The notes under the pieces were generated by a model. It had not been told where the DNA came from. It saw nothing but the letters and a program-made list of their open reading frames with translations, and ran no database searches. A DNA stretch of 64,000 bases from Candidatus Collierbacteria bacterium RIFOXYD2_FULL_45_13. GTDB taxonomy: Bacteria > Patescibacteriota > Microgenomatia > UBA1400 > MFAQ01. Made by a program: the position numbers and the translations under genes. The stretch's first letter is position 1; each line of letters begins with the position of its first letter. This document shows positions 57,205 to 64,000 of the stretch, piece by piece. The DNA lies in NCBI GenBank assembly GCA_001774685.1, contig MFAS01000001.1, positions 91,489 to 155,488 of the forward strand, read 5' to 3'.

Positions 57205-58971
57205 TTACCCCAAAAGGACCATTATCTTGTTCTCTTCCCTATCCAAAGTGCTCAGCTCCCCCGAAAGGGCTTCTTCCGTTTGTTCATCTCCTGCTTCCTT
57301 GGCCTTTTTCATCTCCACAATTAACCTCTTACGACTTTCACGAATGGTTTCCCTTATGAGCTGCACCGCTAGTTCCAAGACATCCTTTTCCTCAGTTTCG
57401 CCCTCTCCTTCGGCCATATAGGCATCCTCGATAAAGCTCTTAAGCTCTGAAGGTGCTAGCTCAGCTATTTTAGCCGGACCCACCTCTTCACTCGCCAGTA
57501 CCCAAAGCAAAGCTTTTCCGGCCGCCCCAGACAATTTTGTGTTCTTCAACCATTGCTCAACTTTCTTCTTTGCCGCCGGACAAATGAGCAGTCCACCTAC
57601 CAATCTTCGAGCCAATTTGTCCATTTTATTTTCCATTAAGGACACCTCCTCGGTGGCCTTACTTGGGTATTTTTCAGCCCAGTTTTTCCCGGACTTAATC
57701 CTCTCCATTTCCGCCTTGACCACCGAAGCTTCTACCCCCAGCTTTTCTGCCAGCTTCTTCGTCCAAACCTCCCTCATCACGGAATTTTCAATTTTTACAA
57801 AAAATGGCATCACCTCTTCTGTTATCTTTTTGATACCTGACATTGTTTTGATATCGTTTTTTTCTAAAGATCTTGTCATTACAAACTCATAAACATCTAC
57901 AGCCCCTTCCACCATCTCTCTCCATTTGTTCGGGTAATTCCTCGCAATTTCATCAGGATCTTTACCGCCATCTATCTGTACTACTTTAATCTCCAACCCC
58001 CTTTTCTCCGCCAGCTCTGCCGATCTTTTTATAGCCGCGATTCCCGCCTCATCAGCGTCCAAGGAAAGATAAATTGTAGAAGTTAGCCTTGCTAATAACT
58101 CTATCTGTTCATCGGTTAGTGCCGTACCCCCTACAGCCACCGTTTCGGTAACCCCCGCCCCAAAGGAACTAATCATATCCATTTGACCTTCAACCAATAC
58201 TGCTCTTTTTATCTCTCTAATGGCTTGTCGTGCTTGATAAAAACCATAAAGAATCCGGCCTTTATGATAAATCTCGGTTTCCGGTGAGTTCAAGTATTTT
58301 GGTTCACCTTCTTTTGCCAGATCGGGTAAGATTCTCCCTGTAAAGCCCACCACCTTACCCCCCGAATCCTGAAGCGGAAACATTACTCGTCCTCTAAATT
58401 TATCGAAAAACCCGCCCCCACTTCTCCTGCTGATTAATCCCGCCTTTTCCAACACTACCTCTGAGTACCCCTTTTTCTTTGTAAGGTATTCCATCAGATT
58501 ATCCCATCCCTGCAGGGAGAAACCCAGATTAAAAGTCTCGATTAATTTATCGTTGATTTTTCTCTCATTCAAATACTTTCTGGCTTCTACTCCGGCTTTG
58601 CTCTCAGTCAGTAGCCAATGATAATATCTAGCCGTCAGCTCCATCACCTCCAGTAGTTTTTGCTTGTCACTTCCAAATTCGGATTTTCTCGTCACCAATT
58701 TTACTCCTACTTTTTCAGCCAATCTCTCCAGCGCCTCTCGAAAATCAACTCCCTCTATCTCCATCAAAAACTTAATCACGTCTCCACCGGCACCGCAACC
58801 AAAGCATTTATAGAGACCCATCTCCTCGTTGACCATGAAAGATGGAGTCTTTTCGCTATGAAAAGGACAGAGGCCTTTATGATGCCTCCCCATCTTTTTT
58901 AATGCCACATACTGCCCAATGAGTCCTACAATATCCGTCTTTCTCTTAACTTCTTCAACTTGATCTTCCAT
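57205..58971 (-). CDS. dnaG: DNA primase
   Basis: [40 protein letters not shown]. Confidence 0.97.
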   Translation of the reverse strand: MEDQVEEVKRKTDIVGLIGQYVALKKMGRHHKGLCPFHSEKTPSFMVNEEMGLYKCFGCGAGGDVIKFLMEIEGVDFREALERLAEKVGVKLVTRKSEFGSDKQKLLEVMELTARYYHWLLTESKAGVEARKYLNERKINDKLIETFNLGFSLQGWDNLMEYLTKKKGYSEVVLEKAGLISRRSGGGFFDKFRGRVMFPLQDSGGKVVGFTGRILPDLAKEGEPKYLNSPETEIYHKGRILYGFYQARQAIREIKRAVLVEGQMDMISSFGAGVTETVAVGGTALTDEQIELLARLTSTIYLSLDADEAGIAAIKRSAELAEKRGLEIKVVQIDGGKDPDEIARNYPNKWREMVEGAVDVYEFVMTRSLEKNDIKTMSGIKKITEEVMPFFVKIENSVMREVWTKKLAEKLGVEASVVKAEMERIKSGKNWAEKYPSKATEEVSLMENKMDKLARRLVGGLLICPAAKKKVEQWLKNTKLSGAAGKALLWVLASEEVGPAKIAELAPSELKSFIEDAYMAEGEGETEEKDVLELAVQLIRETIRESRKRLIVEMKKAKEAGDEQTEEALSGELSTLDREENKIMVLLG

Positions 58972-59026
58972 CTTTGGGTTTTATTAGTATCAATCCACTT
59001 TAGATTGTACCAAAAACCCTTTTCAT

Positions 59027-59404
59027 TTAGGCAGGCATATATTTCTTAACAATCGTCGGGATGTCTTTTATGTCGATGTTAGCCTTGACAATATAATCCT
59101 TGGCTCCCAAACGCATCCCCTCGTCAATACTGGTCTCCTGTTCGAAGTTTGTCAGGATCACGACCGAAATGTTCTTAGTGTCTGGATTCCCTCTAATTAT
59201 TTTCAAAACCTCAAACCCGCTCTTTATGGGTAGCAACAAGTCCAGGAGGATTAGGTCTGGTTTTTCCTTTAGGATCATTTTTTCGGCCTCCTCTCCGTCG
59301 GTGGCTACTGAGATATCGTACCCTTCATCTTCCAGAGAAAGAGTCAGGGCGTTTACTAACACCGCATCATCCTCGACGATCATCACTTTCTTTTTGTTAT
59401 CCAT
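59027..59404 (-). CDS. Single-domain response regulator
   Basis: MIVEDD, PDLILLDLLLP, DYIVK; start taken as the ATG overlapping the kinase end. Confidence 0.9.
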   Translation of the reverse strand: MDNKKKVMIVEDDAVLVNALTLSLEDEGYDISVATDGEEAEKMILKEKPDLILLDLLLPIKSGFEVLKIIRGNPDTKNISVVILTNFEQETSIDEGMRLGAKDYIVKANIDIKDIPTIVKKYMPA

Positions 59405-61964
59405 TCTTATTTTGTTTAATTGGTAATTTAACAAAAAACGTTGTTCCTGTGCCCTCTTTCGACTCAAACCAGATATTTCCACCATGGCTAGTGATAATGT
59501 TCTTGCTCATATACAGACCCAGGCCGGTTCCCGGAACTTTCTTGGCTACGTTGTCCGCTCTAAAGAATCTTTCAAACACCCTGGGTTTCTGAGACTCTGG
59601 AATACCTAAACCCTCGTCCTTAATCATCACTTGGTATCCGTCATTCATCTTTTCAGCCCATACCGTCACTCGGGACCCATCCGGTGAGTATCGGGCAGCA
59701 TTGCTCAATATATTGCCAAACACTTGTATCATTTGGGTTGCATCCACCTCCACCACAAACCCTTCCGGAATCAAGTCAATTCCTTCAAGACGAATGTTGT
59801 GGTCAACATACATTCGCGCCTGAATTTGGCTAGCTCCCTTGATAATTTCTTTCAACGAACGGTTTTCCAGCTGTTTTTCGACAAAACCACTCTCGTTCAT
59901 TTTCCCCACCGCCAAAAGGTCGTCAACCAAATCAATCAGCTTTTGATTACTCTCCTCAATGCTATCGATATATTCCTTTGCCTTCTTGTCAGAAGATTTA
60001 ACGGCGCACTCTCGAAGAAGTCCCACATACCATTTTATTCCTGTCAGCGGCGAACGTAACTGATGGCTGGCAAGCGAAACAAAATCCAACCTCATTTTTT
60101 CTAATTCGCGCTGCTTGGTCACATCACGCAGCACCCACACTGTTCCGACCAATTTATGTTTCTCATCCATTATCGGCGAAGCGACTCCATCAATCGAAAT
60201 CCTAACTCCACCTTTTCTGTTTAATATTAATGTCTCAATCGATCTTGCTTGTTTTTTCTTATTAAATACCGTTTCCAACAGATCTTCAGGTTTTTTACCG
60301 GAAGATTCATAAGACAAGTCCATCACCTCCTCGATGTTTTTTCCGGTCATCTCTTTTCTTCCAAGTCCGAACAGCTTTTCCATTGCATTATTTGCCATGA
60401 CAATGGTCTTTTTTGTGTCTGTTACAAAAACGGCATCCCCGATATCACTTAAAATATTCTCCAGTTTTTGTTTTTGGGTGAGAGTGTCAAAGCTCAACTT
60501 ATCCAATTTTTCCTGATATCTCTTCCTCTCGGTAATATCTTGAATCGTTCCCACCATCCTGATTGGCTTACCTTTGAAGTCAAAGTCCAGCTTGCCAATC
60601 CCATGAACCCACGCCATTTTTCCATTTGTTCTATTTACTATTCTGTATTCCTTATCAAATGCTTTATTCTTATCCAGCACCTCCTTCAGAAAATAGTCCC
60701 GCATCAATCCTCTGTCATCCGGATGGACGATCTCCAGCCATCCCTCGGTGTTCGTCTTGTAGTGGTTGTCAATACCAAATAGCTCATTCAGTACTTCCGA
60801 ACCTTCCCAATCATCATTTTTAATATCCATCACATAATATCCCAGCCTAGCCACCCTCTGAACCTTTCGCAGCAGACGTACCAACGTCTCCAACCTCCCA
60901 AACGACTTAGATGTCCACAAATACAACAATCCGGCGGTAACCGATACAAAAATCCAGCCTTTTATGGTTGAAATCTCCATAAACAGTTTCCTGTCGGCGA
61001 CTAAAAGATCAACTAGCCTGTCGGAAAAAAGTATCCAGACCCCACCCAACAGTAGATACCAAAGAGCCGGTTTTGCGGACTCGGCCGCTCCACCCCATCT
61101 GACATTTAATGTGTAATACTCTCCCCATCTTACCCATAATGCATTTACCACCACCAGTACTATGATCATGAGGAAAATCATTGTCATATTAAACATTCTC
61201 ACTGAATTCAAAACCGATGACTCCCAACCCGGTACCGGAACGGCACCCAATTCCCAATATTCGTTGTCAAACCGAATTGTAGAGATTACCGGATTGTTCT
61301 TAAACATATCTTTGTCTCCCCAAAAAACAATCCCATTTTTGTCCCTCAAAGACAGCCTCAATCCATCGATCCCTTTCTCTAAACCTGATGACCTTATAAT
61401 GTCTGGAACGTCTACCACTACTGAAACCAACCCCCACAGTTGATTATTTCTAAAAATTGCTTTTCTCGCTGCTATGCCCAAACCCCCTTGAAGCAGCGTA
61501 AATGGTTCAGTCACTACAGTTTCTTTTGACTCAATCATTCGGGCAATCTCCGACTTTACGCTTGGTCTCTGATCTGCCAGTAGGTTATAGCCCAAAGCCC
61601 CTTCATTTCCTTTTATCGGATATATTAAAGAAAGAATTCCTCCCCGCGCTATTCCAACATTTCGGACACCTTCATTGTCGTTATAGAGACCTGGGGCAAA
61701 TATCGGAAAATCGTCAATGACGCTCTTCTCATCCCTGCTTGTTACAAATTTTTCCAATCCTCGAACCAAACCCAAACGACGGGTAAGAATCATTTCGACA
61801 CCATTTTTGTATATCCCTAGAGTGGCCTCTACCTTATTCCTACTGTCCGTCACCAACCACTTCTCATACCTTTCTGATACGTAAACTCCACTCAACACAA
61901 ACAACATTATCAATACAGATAACATTGTATTCTTAGCCGAAAACCACTTTCTTACCAAGTTCAT
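59397..61964 (-). CDS. Sensor histidine kinase (CHASE-like, two PAS, HisKA, HATPase)
   Basis: EPFTLLQGG, VHPDDR, ASHQLRSPL, NAARYS, GTGLGL. Confidence 0.92.
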   Translation of the reverse strand: MNLVRKWFSAKNTMLSVLIMLFVLSGVYVSERYEKWLVTDSRNKVEATLGIYKNGVEMILTRRLGLVRGLEKFVTSRDEKSVIDDFPIFAPGLYNDNEGVRNVGIARGGILSLIYPIKGNEGALGYNLLADQRPSVKSEIARMIESKETVVTEPFTLLQGGLGIAARKAIFRNNQLWGLVSVVVDVPDIIRSSGLEKGIDGLRLSLRDKNGIVFWGDKDMFKNNPVISTIRFDNEYWELGAVPVPGWESSVLNSVRMFNMTMIFLMIIVLVVVNALWVRWGEYYTLNVRWGGAAESAKPALWYLLLGGVWILFSDRLVDLLVADRKLFMEISTIKGWIFVSVTAGLLYLWTSKSFGRLETLVRLLRKVQRVARLGYYVMDIKNDDWEGSEVLNELFGIDNHYKTNTEGWLEIVHPDDRGLMRDYFLKEVLDKNKAFDKEYRIVNRTNGKMAWVHGIGKLDFDFKGKPIRMVGTIQDITERKRYQEKLDKLSFDTLTQKQKLENILSDIGDAVFVTDTKKTIVMANNAMEKLFGLGRKEMTGKNIEEVMDLSYESSGKKPEDLLETVFNKKKQARSIETLILNRKGGVRISIDGVASPIMDEKHKLVGTVWVLRDVTKQRELEKMRLDFVSLASHQLRSPLTGIKWYVGLLRECAVKSSDKKAKEYIDSIEESNQKLIDLVDDLLAVGKMNESGFVEKQLENRSLKEIIKGASQIQARMYVDHNIRLEGIDLIPEGFVVEVDATQMIQVFGNILSNAARYSPDGSRVTVWAEKMNDGYQVMIKDEGLGIPESQKPRVFERFFRADNVAKKVPGTGLGLYMSKNIITSHGGNIWFESKEGTGTTFFVKLPIKQNKNG

Positions 61965-62043
61965 TCATCTTCATCTTATCGATATACCTTTTCGGCGTCA
62001 ATGGTTATGTGAGATAAATTACTTTTACGGGCTTGTTCTTCTT

Positions 62044-62130
62044 TGGCGGAGGCGGTGGGATTCGAACCCACGGGGCCTTGTTAGGCCGCGGGTTAGCAAC
62101 CCGCTCGAATAACCACTATCGGACGCCTCC
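62044..62130 (-). tRNA. tRNA-Ser(GCT)
   Basis: GGAGGCG acceptor, GCGGG-TTGCTAA-CCCGC, long variable arm, G73, CCA. Confidence 0.92.
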
Positions 62131-62211
62131 AAGTGAGCAACGGGAAAAACATCGTTTTCCTTAGTTGCGAGCGCGGAGATGCCGGATAACTACCGTTATC
62201 GGACGCCTCCA
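62131..62211. repeat. Hairpin insert flanked by a duplicated tRNA-Ser 5' end
   Basis: TATCGGACGCCTCCA at 62117-62131 and 62197-62211; stems GCAAC/GTTGC, GGAAAA/TTTTCC, GATAAC/GTTATC. Confidence 0.7.
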
Positions 62212-62275
62212 GCAAACCCTATTTTAACAGCTATTCCCGGTTTCCTAGCCTCACGAATGATAAAATAGACTTCTC

Positions 62276-62357
62276 GGAGAGCGGGCAGGACGGTAATGCG
62301 TCAGTCTTGAAAACTGATGAGCGCAAGCTCTAACAGGTTCGACCCCTGTGCTCTCCG
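62276..62357 (+). tRNA. tRNA-Ser(TGA)
   Basis: GGAGAGC/GCTCTCC, TCAGT-CTTGAAA-ACTGA, long variable arm, G73. Confidence 0.88.
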
Positions 62358-62362
62358 CTCTT

Positions 62363-62447
62363 GGAGGGGTCACATAGTGGTCTAGTGTAGAGGTTTACTA
62401 AACCTCCGTGTCGCAAGGCACCATGGGTTCGAATCCCATCCCCTCCG
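62363..62447 (+). tRNA. tRNA-Ser(ACT), rare A34 anticodon
   Basis: GGAGGGG/CCCCTCC, GAGGT-TTACTAA-ACCTC, variable arm GTGTC-GCAA-GGCAC, ATGGG-TTCGAAT-CCCAT, G73. Confidence 0.88.
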
Positions 62448-62465
62448 CCTGTGTTAATATGAAAT

Positions 62466-62966
62466 GTGGCTGAAATAGAGAATAAAGACTTAAGTGAAAA
62501 GATACTGTTGGAGTTTGAGGCGTATGACCGACCACATAAAGTTTGGAGTAAAGAATTTTATAGTTCAGTGATAGTAATTGCCTTTTTGGTATCGATTATT
62601 TTCTATTTTATAGAGGGATTCATGCCTGTACTCGTCATTTGGGCGCTTGTGTTTATGTTGTGGGCGATGGCCAAGACAGAACCTCGATTGATAAAAACCG
62701 AGCTGACTTCTTGGGGTCTGAAATCTCAAGAGAAGACATACCGCTTTGAAGAAATGGCATCTTTTTGGTTTGAAACCAAGTGGGGAACCAGACTCATGAG
62801 AATAAACTTGGCGGTCGTGCCCTGGCATCTGGTAGTCGTTCTCGACCCCAATAAGGAAGATGATCTAAAAAAACATATGCTGGAAAGGGTAATATTCCAA
62901 GAGCCCGCAGTGACTTGGGTGGATAGAGCTTTGAAATGGGTAGGAGAAAAGATGCCCTTAGAATGA
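62466..62966 (+). CDS. Membrane hypothetical protein (two TMs plus a PH-like domain)
   Basis: 166-aa ORF with a two-helix hairpin followed by a beta-rich region. Confidence 0.7.
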   Translation: MAEIENKDLSEKILLEFEAYDRPHKVWSKEFYSSVIVIAFLVSIIFYFIEGFMPVLVIWALVFMLWAMAKTEPRLIKTELTSWGLKSQEKTYRFEEMASFWFETKWGTRLMRINLAVVPWHLVVVLDPNKEDDLKKHMLERVIFQEPAVTWVDRALKWVGEKMPLE

Positions 62967-63011
62967 GGGAAAATGCCCCGTAGATGGTAAAATAAGAGCT
63001 TGTTCGCATAT

Positions 63012-63085
63012 GCGTTCGTAGCTCAGTTGGATAGAGCACCAGATTGCGGATCTGGGGGTCGGAGGTTCGAGTCCTCCCGAGCGCA
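63012..63085 (+). tRNA. tRNA-Arg(GCG)
   Basis: GCGTTCG/CGAGCGC, CCAGA-TTGCGGA-TCTGG, A20-type D loop. Confidence 0.92.
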
Positions 63086-63091
63086 CTTATG

Positions 63092-63176
63092 GGAGGATGG
63101 GCAGGACGGTAATGCGTTGGTTTCGAAAACCAATGAGCGTAAGCTCTAACAGGTTCGACCCCTGTATCCTCCGCCA
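63092..63176 (+). tRNA. tRNA-Ser(CGA)
   Basis: GGAGGAT/ATCCTCC, TTGGT-TTCGAAA-ACCAA, long variable arm, GCCA. Confidence 0.9.
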
Positions 63177-63178
63177 AC

Positions 63179-63508
63179 ATGAAACAAATAAAGGACAAGC
63201 CAACACTAAGAGATCTCCAAAACTATATAAGAGATGTGGGGGTGGAGAGAGGTTTCGAGGATACGACAATCCCGGAACTGTTTATGTATTTGTCGGAAGA
63301 AGTTGGGGAGCTGGCAAAGGCGGCCAGACAATTAACAAAAATGCATACAGATTCCAATTCGGACAAAATGGAGATTGATCGCGAATTGGCGGACGTATTT
63401 AGTTATGTTGTGGATATTGCCAATCTCCTCGGAGTTGACATGGAAGAGGCATTTAAGGAAAAAGAAGAGATTAATAACAAAAGAGTTTGGAATAAAAAGG
63501 GTGCGTGA
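63179..63508 (+). CDS. MazG-like nucleotide pyrophosphohydrolase
   Basis: LSEEVGELAKA...ELADV. Confidence 0.9.
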   Translation: MKQIKDKPTLRDLQNYIRDVGVERGFEDTTIPELFMYLSEEVGELAKAARQLTKMHTDSNSDKMEIDRELADVFSYVVDIANLLGVDMEEAFKEKEEINNKRVWNKKGA

Positions 63509-63523
63509 GATAATACGAAGTAT

Positions 63524-63600
63524 GTACCCGTAGCTCAACTGGATAGAGTACTTCCCTCCGAAGGAAGTGGTTGTGCGTTCGAATCGCACCGGGTACACCA
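63524..63600 (+). tRNA. tRNA-Arg(CCG)
   Basis: GTACCCG/CGGGTAC, CTTCC-CTCCGAA-GGAAG, ACCA. Confidence 0.93.
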
Positions 63601-63657
63601 GTAAAAAAACTCAAAAACTTGAGAACTCAAAAAGAAAGACTTGAGGTAGAATAGGGC

Positions 63658-64000
63658 ATGATTGAACTGGACAGAGATCCAATCTTTGGTGAAGTTAAGG
63701 AAAAGCTGAACATGTTGGGGATTGAAGGGGTCTTGTTCGATTTGGATGATACCCTCATTTATACGAGCGAAATATTTATCAGGTTTATGAAAATGTATGC
63801 GGTTGAAGTCGCTGGAAAGATAGGAGTTAAGGAGGCCGAACTGATAGACGCATTGCAAGAAATCAATGACGAAGAGTACAAGTCCATGGGGGTGAACCCT
63901 AAAAGGTGGGCGGCGGTGGTAGAAAAACTAGCAAAACACTTTGGTCATGGAGAAAAGGAGATTCTAGACAATCTAGATATTTTGATGAACATATACATGG
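63658..64000 (+). CDS. HAD family hydrolase (5' part; runs off the window)
   Basis: MIELDRD...GVLFDLDDTL motif I; TAGAAT just upstream. Confidence 0.8.
   Translation, partial: MIELDRDPIFGEVKEKLNMLGIEGVLFDLDDTLIYTSEIFIRFMKMYAVEVAGKIGVKEAELIDALQEINDEEYKSMGVNPKRWAAVVEKLAKHFGHGEKEILDNLDILMNIYM

Noticed and set aside
62794-63858. ORFs overlapping the tRNA cluster (62794-63198, 63097-63378, 63332-63598, 63535-63858)
   Set aside because: They are translations of tRNA sequence or antisense to real genes.

Overview
This window looks like chromosomal DNA from a small-genome bacterium. Gene content, leaderless-type starts, tRNA-Arg(GCG) and an intron-bearing tRNA-Asn point to Patescibacteria/CPR (Microgenomates-like); this placement is an inference. 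Housekeeping blocks: nrdR-nrdJ, two class A PBPs plus a GH18, a pentose/sugar-phosphate cluster (rpiB, rpe, LOG, class I aldolase, PfkB, 2-hydroxyacid dehydrogenase), an extended suf operon, prmC, uppP, tdk, rpoD-dnaG, a two-component pair and a tRNA cluster. Most notable: (1) a self-contained four-gene operon (PP2C phosphatase, Ser/Thr kinase, nicotinamidase-like hydrolase, vWA) with its own promoter, an NrtR-type operator and a terminator, resembling TerY-P/YegIKL with an added NAD-linked enzyme; (2) three cargo genes inside the suf operon, each ending in the same 8-bp GTGACACR repeat, one of them a four-helix-bundle gene; (3) a ~10 kb serine-recombinase island at tRNA-Asn, with several degenerate att-like motifs between cargo blocks; (4) a group I intron splitting the tRNA-Asn(GTT) anticodon, next to a free-standing HNH gene; (5) a rare tRNA-Ser(ACT) alongside tRNA-Arg(GCG); (6) two related ~170-nt structured intergenic elements with compensatory changes; (7) a GC-skew flip near 62.2 kb. 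All calls come from reading motifs by eye; no searches were run.
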